From: Nitrospirota bacterium
GTDB taxonomy: Bacteria > Nitrospirota > UBA9217
Length of the DNA stretch: 47,202 nucleotides
Assembly: GCA_029858565.1 (NCBI GenBank)
Contig: JAOUEV010000026.1
Location: 1-47,202, forward strand
Direction: 5' to 3'
Shown piece after piece: positions 25,948-35,960 of the stretch. The position numbers and the translations under genes are program-made. Below the pieces are notes generated by a model that searched no databases, had not been told where the DNA came from, and saw only the letters and a list, made by a program, of their open reading frames with translations. Within the stretch, counting starts at the first letter, position 1. Every line of letters starts with the position of its first letter.

Positions 25948-28569
25948 ATGATGGACATCATCACCAGCCATACGAACGCTGATTTCGACGCACTGGCCTC
26001 CATGGTCGCGGCGAAGAAGCTCTATCCCGAGGCGAAGATCGTGTTCGCCGGTTCCCAGGAGAAGAGCATGCGCGACTTTTTCCTTGATTCAGCGGCCTAT
26101 GCTGTCGAGACGGAGCGGCTGCGCAATATCGATGTGTCGGCGGTCACGCGACTGATCATCGTGGACAATCGGAACCCCGGCAGGATCGGAAAACTGGCTG
26201 AGGCGCTTGACCGGCCGGGCCTGTCCGTGCATATCTACGATCACCATCCTGCCGTGCCCGGGGATATTCGCGGCGAGCTCGAGGTCATCGATGAGGTTGG
26301 GGCGACGACCACACTCATGGTCGAGATCCTGCGCAAACGCGATATCCCCATCGCCCCGTTCGAGGCGACCATACTCGCCCTGGGGATTTACGAAGAGACC
26401 GGTTCTCTGACCTATGTTTCGACCACGAGCCGTGACGCTGAGGCGGCAGGGTATCTCATCGGAATGGGCGCGAATTTGAACGTAGTGTCTGACTTCATCT
26501 TTCGGGAACTGACGCCTGAACAGGCCATGGTCCTGAACGAGCTGATCGAATCGGCGAAGCGCTATGATATCAACGGCATTCCCGTGGTTATTTCGGCCCT
26601 GTCCACGCCGCATTTCCTTCCGGATATCGCGGCGCTGGCCCACCGGATACGCGACCGCGAGAACATCGATGTGCTCTTTCTTGTCGTGCAGATGAGCGAC
26701 AAGACCCATATTATCGGTCGGGCCCGGGTGCCGTCTGTGCACGCGGGCAGGGTGCTCGAGGCGTTCGGAGGCGGCGGGCATATGACCGCCGCCTCTGCCG
26801 TGGCGCGGGACATGACGCATCTGGAGGCGCGGGAGAAGCTGATCGACGCTTTGAAGCGGCACATCAAGCCGGGAAAGACGGCAGCGGATATCATGACCGC
26901 GCCGGTCATGACCATATCCGCCAATGGCACGATCGCAGAGGCGGGAGAGGACATGACCCGCTTCAGCGTCAATGTTCTGCCGGTGCTTGAGGAGGAACGA
27001 TTCCTCGGCATCATCACGCGTGAAGTAGTGCAAAAGGCGCTGTTCCACGGACTAGGGGACCACCGGGTGACCGAATTCATGTCAACCGGAGTGCCTGCGG
27101 CGAGTCCGGGCATGCCCATGACGCGGGTCGAGCAGACCATGCTGGAGGAAGGACAGAGATTCATGCCGGTCGTTGGTGAGAGCGGCGCCATCATCGGCGC
27201 TATAACACGCACGGACCTCCTGCGGTCGCTCCAGGAACAACGGTTCGCTCCTGAGGCATCAGCGGGAGAATTGGGCCACCGGCCGGTCAGGAACATGCGG
27301 GGTATGCTTGAGGAACGTCTCCCCCCTGACATCCGGGAAGTGCTTAAATCCGTGGGAGCAATAGCGGACGAATATCGGTATCCGGTTTATCTTGTTGGCG
27401 GAATAGTCCGGGACCTGTTCCTGCGCACGACCAATCCTGATATGGACGTCGTCGTCGAAGGCGACGGGATCACCTTCGCCGGACTGTTGGTGCGAAAACT
27501 TGGAGGCCGGATGAGGACCCACCAGAAATTCGGCACCGCGGTCGTTGTCCTGCCAAACGGCCTCAAGCTGGACATCGCCACGGCGCGGCTCGAATACTAC
27601 GATTCTCCGGCAGCGCTTCCCACGATCGAGCTCTCCTCCATAAAGAAGGACCTTTACCGCAGGGACTTCACGATCAATACGCTGGCAGTGCGGCTGAACA
27701 AGGCCCAGTACGGCGAATTGATCGATTTTTTTGGAGGTATGCGGGACATCAAGGAGCGGACCATCCGCATCCTGCACAATCTATCATTCGTCGAAGATCC
27801 CACACGGGTCTTCCGGGCGATACGGTTCGAACAGCGCTTCGGTTTTCAGATCAGCAAACATACCCAGAATATGATCAAGACCGCGGTGTCCATGCGACTC
27901 TTCTCCCGGCTCTCAGGCGAGCGCGTCTATGACGAACTGGTGCACATGTTCTCCGAGTTGGACCCGCTGAAGGTACTGAAGCGCATGCAGGAGTTCGACC
28001 TGCTCAAGTTCCTGCATCCCAATCTGCGGTGGGGCGCGCCGCTCGAGCAGCTCTTTGTCCAGATCGGGGAAACGCTCACCTGGTACCGGCTGCTCTATCT
28101 CGACGTTACGGTGGAACGGTGGTTCGTCTATCTGCTCGGGCTGCTGGACAGGGTCAAGGACGACGCCGCCCAGGAGGCGCTGGAGCGCCTTTCCGTACCG
28201 CTGCGGATACGGAACCGCGTCATGGCTGCACGACAGCAGTGCCGTGATATTCTCTACGAGTTCTACCGAGACCCTGACATTCCGGCGAGCAGGGTCTATG
28301 ATCTGCTGAAGCCCCTTGCTATAGAGCAGGTCCTGCTGCTCATGGCCAAGTCCCGGAAGGAAAGGGCAAAAAAGTACATTTCCCTGTATCTGACCCATCT
28401 CCGGAACGTACGGATTTCACTCAGCGGAGAGGATCTGAAGAAGCTCGGCATTCCCCAGGGGCCGAAATACAAGAAGATCCTTGCCGCTCTGCTCGATGCC
28501 AAGCTGGATGGGAAAGTGGCGACAAGGGCGGATGAAGTGCGGTTCGTCCAGCAGCAGTACTTGAAATGA
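25948..28569 (+). CDS. DHH/DHHA1-CBS-CBS tRNA nucleotidyltransferase (CCA- or A-adding type)
   Basis: HTNADFDA, DHH, GGGGH, CBS pair, LVGGIVRD, DMD, RRDFTIN, EDPTRVFRAIRF. Confidence 0.9.
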   Translation: MMDIITSHTNADFDALASMVAAKKLYPEAKIVFAGSQEKSMRDFFLDSAAYAVETERLRNIDVSAVTRLIIVDNRNPGRIGKLAEALDRPGLSVHIYDHHPAVPGDIRGELEVIDEVGATTTLMVEILRKRDIPIAPFEATILALGIYEETGSLTYVSTTSRDAEAAGYLIGMGANLNVVSDFIFRELTPEQAMVLNELIESAKRYDINGIPVVISALSTPHFLPDIAALAHRIRDRENIDVLFLVVQMSDKTHIIGRARVPSVHAGRVLEAFGGGGHMTAASAVARDMTHLEAREKLIDALKRHIKPGKTAADIMTAPVMTISANGTIAEAGEDMTRFSVNVLPVLEEERFLGIITREVVQKALFHGLGDHRVTEFMSTGVPAASPGMPMTRVEQTMLEEGQRFMPVVGESGAIIGAITRTDLLRSLQEQRFAPEASAGELGHRPVRNMRGMLEERLPPDIREVLKSVGAIADEYRYPVYLVGGIVRDLFLRTTNPDMDVVVEGDGITFAGLLVRKLGGRMRTHQKFGTAVVVLPNGLKLDIATARLEYYDSPAALPTIELSSIKKDLYRRDFTINTLAVRLNKAQYGELIDFFGGMRDIKERTIRILHNLSFVEDPTRVFRAIRFEQRFGFQISKHTQNMIKTAVSMRLFSRLSGERVYDELVHMFSELDPLKVLKRMQEFDLLKFLHPNLRWGAPLEQLFVQIGETLTWYRLLYLDVTVERWFVYLLGLLDRVKDDAAQEALERLSVPLRIRNRVMAARQQCRDILYEFYRDPDIPASRVYDLLKPLAIEQVLLLMAKSRKERAKKYISLYLTHLRNVRISLSGEDLKKLGIPQGPKYKKILAALLDAKLDGKVATRADEVRFVQQQYLK

Positions 28570-28770
28570 TGATCGAGATCCGGAAAAACCGCTTATGGTG
28601 AGACGATGACGCGGATCGGTGGCTGACAAAAGGACGATTACGTCTGATTGCCCGTGAGAAGTTGCTTGCTGATCATAGTTTCCCGTTGACGGCATGCGTT
28701 GATTCAGGCATAGTATGTTTCAACGAAGGAACTGCGGCATTTTAACCAGGGGAGGTCGGGTCCCTAAGCT

Positions 28771-30411
28771 ATGATCTATTTCAATCTTTTTGGCGGCGTT
28801 CTCCTGATGCTTTACGGCATCAAGTTGGTGAACGATGGTCTCCAGAACGCAGCCGGTCCCCGCATCCGCTCCCTGCTCCGTTCCCTTACGAGCAACAGGC
28901 TTGCTGCGGTGGGTGCTGGCGCTTTCCTGACCGGATTGATCCAGTCCAGCAGCGCCACCTCGGTCATGCTCGTGGGATTCGTGAGTGCAGGGCTCATGAG
29001 CTTTCGCCAGACGTTGGCGGTGATCCTCGGAGCGGACATCGGCGCAACGCTTACGGTCCAGCTGATCGCTTTTCATGTGTCCGATTACGCTATCCTGCTG
29101 ATAGGCATCGGTCTTGCGATCACGCTGTTTGCCCATCGCCATCATCTTAGGACGATCGGCAGCGGGTTGCTCGGTTTTGGATTCGTGTTCCTGTCGATCA
29201 GGATCATGTCTGACGCGCTTCAGCCGATGCAGAACAGCGTGTTGTTCCGCGAGGTTCTGATGGCGCTGGTGGGCGCGCCGTTCACCGGAATTCTTCTTTC
29301 CGCGGCGTTCACCGGGCTCATTCACAGCAGTGCCGCGACCATAGGGATCGCCCTCGCGCTCGCGGGAAATGGTCTGATCCCTCTGGACGGCGCAATCAAT
29401 ATCGTCCTGGGGGCCAATATCGGAACCTGCTCCACCGCGCTGATGGCCAGCCTCCGGGCGCCGGCCGAGGCCCGCCGCGTCGCCTGGGCGCATATTCTTT
29501 TCAAGACCGTCGGCGTCGGTCTCATGCTTCTCGCGCTGCCGCTCTTCCAGAAGATCGTGGCGGCTTCCGGTGACGGCCTGTCGCGCCAGATAGCCAATGC
29601 ACACACGCTGTTCAATGTGGTCATGGCGCTCTGCTTCCTGCCGTTCCTTGCGGCTTTTTCGAAATTGCTCGTCCGGCTTGTGCCGGAATCCCCGGCTGAC
29701 CAGAAATTCGGACCCAAGTATCTCGATGATCATGTGCTCGGAACACCGGCACTTGCGCTTGGCCAGGCGGCGCGCGAGATGCTGCGGGAATCGGACATCG
29801 TGCGCGAGATGTTGCTCGATTCGATCAAGGTGTTCCAGGTCGACGATCCCGGGCTGGTAACGGGGATAAGGGACAAGGACAATCTGGTCGATATCCTTGA
29901 CCGCCAGATCCGGCTCTACCTTATCCGTCTTTCCTCCGCTACGCTTACGGAGACCCAGTCGCGCAGATCGGTGGCGCTGCTGGAGGCAAGCCGGGATTTG
30001 GAGAACATCGGGGATATGATCGACCGGAACCTGATGCCCCTGGCGCTCAAGCGCATCAGCAAAGGATTGATGTTCTCTGAGGAGGGAATGAACGAGATCA
30101 TCGGATATCACAAAAAAGTGGTCGAGAACTTCGATATGACCGTCTCGGCCTTTGCCAACCAGGACCGCGACCTGGCCCGGCGGGTGCTGCGAAACAAGGA
30201 AGAACTTGATGCGCTCGAGCGGGAGCTCACGCAAGCCCATCTGGAACGGTTGCGGAGGGGATTGCGTGAATCGATGGAGACAAGCCACATCCATTTAGAC
30301 ACGATCGGAAGTCTTGCGCGCATCAACTCCCTGATCACCCATGTTATCTATCCCATCTTCGAGGATGCTCGGAGCAAAGGGCGGGAAGATACCTTTGTGA
30401 TCGGAGGATGA
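28771..30411 (+). CDS. Na+/Pi cotransporter family protein with PhoU-like C-terminus
   Basis: QSSSAT and HSSAAT repeats, GADIG/GANIG, AHTLFN, DLENIGD. Confidence 0.93.
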   Translation: MIYFNLFGGVLLMLYGIKLVNDGLQNAAGPRIRSLLRSLTSNRLAAVGAGAFLTGLIQSSSATSVMLVGFVSAGLMSFRQTLAVILGADIGATLTVQLIAFHVSDYAILLIGIGLAITLFAHRHHLRTIGSGLLGFGFVFLSIRIMSDALQPMQNSVLFREVLMALVGAPFTGILLSAAFTGLIHSSAATIGIALALAGNGLIPLDGAINIVLGANIGTCSTALMASLRAPAEARRVAWAHILFKTVGVGLMLLALPLFQKIVAASGDGLSRQIANAHTLFNVVMALCFLPFLAAFSKLLVRLVPESPADQKFGPKYLDDHVLGTPALALGQAAREMLRESDIVREMLLDSIKVFQVDDPGLVTGIRDKDNLVDILDRQIRLYLIRLSSATLTETQSRRSVALLEASRDLENIGDMIDRNLMPLALKRISKGLMFSEEGMNEIIGYHKKVVENFDMTVSAFANQDRDLARRVLRNKEELDALERELTQAHLERLRRGLRESMETSHIHLDTIGSLARINSLITHVIYPIFEDARSKGREDTFVIGG

Positions 30412-30484
30412 GCGGCGGGAGCGTAAATCGATCGGACGGGATTATCCCGCTTTTCAGCGGACGGAACCAGCTCAAGGAGAGAGT

Positions 30485-30883
30485 ATGATACGACAGATGC
30501 GCGTCAAGACGAATGCCCGGACCGAATTGATCGACATCACCCAGGCGGTGCAGCGGTTGGTGGCTGAGAGCGGGGTGCGCTCCGGTCTCTGCTATTTACA
30601 CGTACCGCATACCACCTCGGGGGTCACGATCAACGAGAACACCGATCCCAACGTGGGAATGGACATTCTGAAGGAACTGAACAAGGTCATCCCTTTTGAT
30701 GACAAGTACGGTCACTCGGAAGGCAATTCCGCTGCGCATATCAAGTCCTCTCTTGTCGGGGTGTCAAAGACGATCATGGTAGAAGAGGGGAGACTGGCGC
30801 TCGGAACCTGGCAAGCCATCTTCTTCTGCGAGTTCGACGGTCCCCGGGAGCGGCGGGTCATGGTCAAGGTCATGAAGGACTGA
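30485..30883 (+). CDS. yjbQ: YjbQ/UPF0047 family protein
   Basis: PHTTSGVTINEN, HSEGNSAAHIKS, LGTWQAIFFCEFDGPR. Confidence 0.93.
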   Translation: MIRQMRVKTNARTELIDITQAVQRLVAESGVRSGLCYLHVPHTTSGVTINENTDPNVGMDILKELNKVIPFDDKYGHSEGNSAAHIKSSLVGVSKTIMVEEGRLALGTWQAIFFCEFDGPRERRVMVKVMKD

Positions 30884-30886
30884 ACA

Positions 30887-32053
30887 ATGTCAACGGTAAT
30901 GAAGAGACCATTATTCTCCGCTCTGATCAAGGTTGTTCTGAACCGTTCCGGCATTCTACTGACAATATCGCTGTTTTTCCTCGCTACCCCGGCCTGGGGA
31001 CAGACTGCCGAGCTTACCACCTATAAGCGATACGTCAAATCGGGTTTCGAGCAGTTGGACGCGAAGAACTTCCAGTCTGCGCGTGATGATTTCGACTCAG
31101 CACTTCGATATTACCAATCCGATGGCGCAGCATATCTTGGTCTCGGGGCCGTCTATTTCCATCTGAAGGACGATCGTGCTGCCGAGCGCGCTTTGACCCG
31201 AGCGCTTGAGCTGAACCCCCAGGAAAAGAACGCCTATCAGATCATGGGGGAAATGGCATACAGGCGGGACGATCCGGCTGAGGCGATAACTGCGTGGGAA
31301 AAAGCTCTTGCGATCGATCCCTCCGACGCTGCGCTCAAGGCACGGCTCGATCGCATTAAAAAAGAACACCGTACGGAGCAGTATTTCAACAGAGAGGTGA
31401 CAGGACATTTCCTGATCAAGTATGAAGGCCGGGAGCGCATTGATGCGGGCCGGATAATCCTGCGCATTCTGGAAGACGCCTACGGCGAGGTCGGCAGAGC
31501 TCTGTCCTTTTATCCTGATCAGGAGATCCAGGTGATCCTCTATTCAGGCCAGCAGTTCCGCGAAGTGACCGATGCTCCCGGGTGGAGCGGGGGTATTTAT
31601 GACGGCAAGATACGCTTGCCGATCGGCGGTATCGATCAGGAAACGCCTGGATTGCGCAGGCTGCTTTTCCATGAGTATACCCACGCTGTGGTACGGGCTA
31701 TTACCCGCCGCGTTCCAACATGGGTGAATGAGGGGCTCGCGCAGTATTTCGAGGGTCGTTCCTACGGTCGGCCGGAGCGGGAGGGATTGTCCCGTCTGGC
31801 GCTGGCAGGAAAACTGCCGCCACTGGCAATGCTGGAAGGATCGTTCATGGGTTTGGACCAACATCAGGCCGGACTCGCGTACTTGATCAGTCTGTCTGCA
31901 GTGCGCCACATGATCGATCATTTCGGCATGTACCGCGTCAGGATAATGCTCGATGAGCTTGCAGCGGGGAAGGATTCAGCCGCGGCGATCCATAACGGGT
32001 TACTCGTTTCAGCCGAGGATTTCGAACGGGGCTGGATACGAAGCCTTGAATGA
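30887..32053 (+). CDS. secreted TPR protein with peptidase MA (HExxH) domain
   Basis: Signal peptide, TPR repeats, HEYTH...PTWVNEGLAQYFE. Confidence 0.85.
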   Translation: MSTVMKRPLFSALIKVVLNRSGILLTISLFFLATPAWGQTAELTTYKRYVKSGFEQLDAKNFQSARDDFDSALRYYQSDGAAYLGLGAVYFHLKDDRAAERALTRALELNPQEKNAYQIMGEMAYRRDDPAEAITAWEKALAIDPSDAALKARLDRIKKEHRTEQYFNREVTGHFLIKYEGRERIDAGRIILRILEDAYGEVGRALSFYPDQEIQVILYSGQQFREVTDAPGWSGGIYDGKIRLPIGGIDQETPGLRRLLFHEYTHAVVRAITRRVPTWVNEGLAQYFEGRSYGRPEREGLSRLALAGKLPPLAMLEGSFMGLDQHQAGLAYLISLSAVRHMIDHFGMYRVRIMLDELAAGKDSAAAIHNGLLVSAEDFERGWIRSLE

Positions 32054-32161
32054 AAGGAATCGGACGATCCCACAGGTACTTCCCGTGCGCGCCGCGTCAT
32101 CCGTTCGCTGCCGGGTCTTTTCCCTTTTTCAGGATTCTCCGGTGTGGTAATATCACCTACG

Positions 32162-33202
32162 ATGATGGCGAATGCGCAGGATCTGACCCTTGCTGATTTT
32201 GATTTTGAGCTTCCAGAGGACCTGATCGCCCAGACGCCTGCTGCGGAGCGTGACAGATCCCGGCTCCTGGTGCTGGATCGGAATAGCGGCGCCGTCAGCC
32301 ATCGCAGCTTCTCGGATATCGTGGATATTCTGAGGGAAGGCGATCTCCTGGTGCTGAATGATACCCGTGTGATGCCCTGCCGCATTATCGGAAAAAAGAG
32401 CGGTGGTGGCAGATCAGAGATTTTTCTGCTGGAAGAGACAGGCGTGAACCTCTGGCGCGCCATGGTGAGCAACGGGGTTGGCATCGGGAAGCGGGTCTCG
32501 ATTCCCGGGGGTGTCGATGCAGAAGTGATCGCCGACGAGGGCGACGGAGTCCGCATGGTCCGTTTCCACGGCACGACCGATGTTAAGGAGATCCTTCCGC
32601 AGGTGGGCCTGACTCCGCTGCCGCCATATATCCGGAGGGAACCGAACGGGGACGATCTTGTTCGGTATCAAACCGTATACAGCAGGCGGGAAGGGGCAGT
32701 TGCTGCGCCTACCGCCGGTCTTCATTTTACCGAAGGTCTGCTCAACAGGCTCAGGGAAAAGGGCATCGGGACGGCGATGGTGACATTGCATGTAGGCCCG
32801 GGAACCTTTAAACCGGTGCGCGCCAACAGGGTCGCAGAACACCGCATGCATGCAGAACGGTACGAAATCTCCGAGCAGAGCGCCATGCTGGTCAACCGGT
32901 CACGTGCCGAGGGGCGCAGGATCATCGCAGTAGGCACTACCACCGTACGCACCCTTGAAACAGCTGCTGACGATGAAGGACAGGTATCGGCCGGCAAAGG
33001 ATCTTCGAAGCTTTTCATCCTCCCCGGATATAGATTTAAAACGGTAGACGGTATGATAACGAATTTTCATTTACCTAAATCGACATTGCTGATGCTGGTG
33101 GCTGCTTTCGCAGGCCGGGAGCAGGTTCTGGCCGCCTACCGAGCGGCCGTACAGGCCCGTTACCGATTTTACAGTTACGGTGATGCTATGATCATCTTGT
33201 AG
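32162..33202 (+). CDS. queA: S-adenosylmethionine:tRNA ribosyltransferase-isomerase
   Basis: DFDFELPEDLIAQ, PLPPYI, AAPTAGLHF, LHVGPGTF, TNFHLPKSTL, FYSYGDAM. Confidence 0.97.
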   Translation: MMANAQDLTLADFDFELPEDLIAQTPAAERDRSRLLVLDRNSGAVSHRSFSDIVDILREGDLLVLNDTRVMPCRIIGKKSGGGRSEIFLLEETGVNLWRAMVSNGVGIGKRVSIPGGVDAEVIADEGDGVRMVRFHGTTDVKEILPQVGLTPLPPYIRREPNGDDLVRYQTVYSRREGAVAAPTAGLHFTEGLLNRLREKGIGTAMVTLHVGPGTFKPVRANRVAEHRMHAERYEISEQSAMLVNRSRAEGRRIIAVGTTTVRTLETAADDEGQVSAGKGSSKLFILPGYRFKTVDGMITNFHLPKSTLLMLVAAFAGREQVLAAYRAAVQARYRFYSYGDAMIIL

Positions 33203-33223
33203 GTGTTTGCAAGGGAAGGTGCC

Positions 33224-33895
33224 ATGACCATGATCCGAAATGAACGAGGAGGGATAGTGTCATCGGTGTTCATCATACCCGCGGGGGTGGTGGTGATCAT
33301 CGCGGTCTTCCTCCTGGGGTACTATGTGGGAAAGAACCGGACCGCGCAGGACGCCGTGGCCGAACGGTTGCCGGCGCTGCCTGAGGTGATGTCGTCCCCG
33401 GCGGTGGATAAGGAAAAAGAGGAATTCACCTTTTACCGGACGTTGACGGAAAAGGGCGACAAAACGCTCTCCATCGAGCTGAAGACCAAACCACCATCTG
33501 CGGCACCGTCGTCTGAACGCGCGCTCGAAACGAAGACCGAGTCCGGCAAAATACGAACATCGAACTCCGAGAAACCGGGCGCGGCTAGGCAGCACGCGGC
33601 AAAGACAGCTCCCCCTGCTCAAAAACACGAAGCCCCCTCGCAAAAACAAGCGGTTTCAAAGATCCGGTACACGATCCAGATAGGCTCCTATCCTGACCGG
33701 AATATGGCTGAAGAAGAGATGCGATCGATCAAGAAGCGGGGATACGCGGCCTTCCTCGTGGCATCGGCTATTCCGGACAAGGGCACCTGGTACCGCGTCA
33801 GAATAGGAAGCTTTTCGAACAAGCAGTCGGCAGAGAAACTGGCTGCGGAACTTAAATCCAAGGAAGGTGTTTCGTCCTTTATCACGGTGGAATAA
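33224..33895 (+). CDS. SPOR-domain cell division/envelope protein (FtsN/DedD-like)
   Basis: N-terminal TM, FTFYRTL, low-complexity linker, YTIQIGSY...WYRVRIGSF SPOR domain. Confidence 0.87.
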   Translation: MTMIRNERGGIVSSVFIIPAGVVVIIAVFLLGYYVGKNRTAQDAVAERLPALPEVMSSPAVDKEKEEFTFYRTLTEKGDKTLSIELKTKPPSAAPSSERALETKTESGKIRTSNSEKPGAARQHAAKTAPPAQKHEAPSQKQAVSKIRYTIQIGSYPDRNMAEEEMRSIKKRGYAAFLVASAIPDKGTWYRVRIGSFSNKQSAEKLAAELKSKEGVSSFITVE

Positions 33896-33931
33896 CGGTT
33901 TGTGACAACGGCAGGGGGTTATGAAAACGGC

Positions 33932-34345
33932 TCAGTGCACGTTTTGCTGGTTGATCAGATGGACGGGAAGGGGTGCCAGTGCGACCTGCTCGTCATCGAT
34001 GAGCATCTCGATCCAGTAGGTGCCGGGGACCGAGAAAGTCGAATTGAGCCGGATGGCGATATCGCGATGGCGCTGGGTCTCGTTGAACAGGGAGAACCTG
34101 GAGGCAGATTCGGACAGCACGGTCTTCTGGTCAGGTGCAAGAAGCCTGATCTTGGCTGCAAAGTCACCGCGGCCGCCGCACCATTCATTCACGATCGCGA
34201 ACCGGGCATGGTAGGCCGGGAACGTGTGGGCGGATATCGATTCGAAGAGACCCATGAGGCTGAACTTCCCTCCCAGCTCCTGCCGCACATCATCGCAGAT
34301 GATAGAATAAGATAAGGTCGGTCTGGTTTTTGTTGTTTTGCTCAT
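33932..34345 (-). CDS. hypothetical beta-sandwich protein (DUF6941-like)
   Basis: IICDDVRQELGGKFSLMGLF...PGTYWIE; preceded by TTGACT-17 nt-TACCGT promoter. Confidence 0.72.
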   Translation of the reverse strand: MSKTTKTRPTLSYSIICDDVRQELGGKFSLMGLFESISAHTFPAYHARFAIVNEWCGGRGDFAAKIRLLAPDQKTVLSESASRFSLFNETQRHRDIAIRLNSTFSVPGTYWIEMLIDDEQVALAPLPVHLINQQNVH

Positions 34346-34620
34346 GAGCAGATACGGTAGCACAGGTTTCCTTGTCAGTCAACTGCTTTCTCCAACAATG
34401 CTTTCTCCAACTGCGGTCACACTTCCCGTCGATTGTTCCTGTGCAGGTCAAAGTCGCATCCTGCGGCATCCCCTTTTGAAAAGCAGTTTGCTGCTGTGAA
34501 CACCCGTTCTCATGTTGACATGATTGACCGAGGTTCTCGGGAAAAGCATTTTCTCTTGACAAAGCTCAGCTAGTGATTTAATAAGTAAACAGATGTTTGA
34601 AAATAAGGTATATGTGAAAA

Positions 34621-35061
34621 ATGTTGAAAGTAGAAAAAAAGATAAATATTATCATATCGTTAGCGATTCTATTGATGCTTGGCCCGTCGACTGCCTATGC
34701 TGCGATCACGGTCATAGATGCTGAACAACTGAAGACTCTGCTTGAGGGCACTGGAACAAAGATACTCATCGATACCCGATCTCGGGATGAGTATCGAGAG
34801 GCCCATATTCCCTCGGCTGTGAACATACCCCCCGACCGTATGCATGCAGAGCGGAAACGATTGCCCAAGAACAAGTCCATTCCGCTCATATTCTATTGCA
34901 GAGGCGTCGGCTGAACGCTGAGTCATGCCGGCGCGGTCGCGGCGGCGGAGATGGGCTTTGGCACCCTTATTATTTTTCAGGGAGGGATGCCGGAATGGTC
35001 TGGAAAGATGCTGCCCATAGCAGTCGGCAGCAAGCCCGGATCATACACAACGTCACAGTGA
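34621..35061 (+). CDS. secreted rhodanese-like protein with in-frame UGA (probable selenocysteine)
   Basis: LIDTR..EY..AHIPSAVNIP..LIFYCRGVG-UGA(34912-34914)-TLSHAGA..MGF..IFQGGMPEW; the rhodanese fold continues past the UGA, and a SECIS-like hairpin follows it. Confidence 0.8.
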
Positions 35062-35098
35062 TGGGCAGGAACAGTCATCGTCAGGGAAAGGTCGTTCT

Positions 35099-35896
35099 AT
35101 GAAAAGAGAAAAAGTCAATTATATGATCCAGTCGGTGTCCCATGCAATGGATATACTTGAGTCCTTCACCAGGACCGAGGACGAGTTGGGGGTCACCGAA
35201 CTGTCCAAACGGCTCGGGTTGCACAAGAATAACGTGTTCCGGCTTCTGGCGACGCTGGAACATCGTGGATATATAGAACAGAACCGGGAGACGGAAAATT
35301 ACCGGCTCGGTCCCAAGACGCTCCAGATCGGGTCCATCTTCATTGAACAGCGCGAATGTCGGAGGCAGGCTCGGCCTATTCTTGAGAGCCTGACCGCGGC
35401 GACCGGTGAGACCGCTGTCGTGGCGGTACTACGCTCCACCCAGGTGATCTATATGGACGGCGTGGAAACTAACCGCACGGTCCGGGCGATTTCCCGGGTG
35501 GGTGCCTTGCTGCCAGCGCATTGCACCGCGGTGGGAAAGGCGCAGATCGCGTTTCTTCCACCAGCAGAGATCGAGCGGCTCTACCCGGAGCTGAGTCTTC
35601 AGCAGATCACGCCCCGGACCCTCAAGACCAGGGAAGCGCTGCTTGCGGACCTCAAGGTGATCCGCGACAGGGGGTATGCGATCGAGGATGAGGAGTGCGA
35701 CCTTGAAGTGAAAGGCATCGCAGCGCCGGTCAGGGATTTTTCCAGGAATATCATAGCTGCCGTGGGGATCATTGCGCCTGCCAGCCGGCTTACTGACGAC
35801 CGGATCGAGAAAGATATCGTCGTGGCCCGTGTGCAGGACGCGGCCAAGGCCATTTCCGTAAAACTCGGTTATTTGCAGGTCGCCGCGCGTGCATAA
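35099..35896 (+). CDS. IclR family transcriptional regulator
   Basis: LGVTELSKRLGLHKNNVFRLLATL HTH; PAHCTAVGKA, RGYAIEDEE, IAAPV. Confidence 0.95.
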   Translation: MKREKVNYMIQSVSHAMDILESFTRTEDELGVTELSKRLGLHKNNVFRLLATLEHRGYIEQNRETENYRLGPKTLQIGSIFIEQRECRRQARPILESLTAATGETAVVAVLRSTQVIYMDGVETNRTVRAISRVGALLPAHCTAVGKAQIAFLPPAEIERLYPELSLQQITPRTLKTREALLADLKVIRDRGYAIEDEECDLEVKGIAAPVRDFSRNIIAAVGIIAPASRLTDDRIEKDIVVARVQDAAKAISVKLGYLQVAARA

Positions 35897-35960
35897 CAGT
35901 TGTTGTGGAAGTGCATGACTTTGTTGACACTTCCTTTCCCACCATGTTATTATCGGTTCG

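Noticed and set aside
28690-28740. glnA (glutamine) riboswitch-like CGAAGGAAC upstream of the Na/Pi transporter
   Set aside because: The conserved GGAAGUA core and P2/P3 stems are missing; the region overlaps a probable promoter
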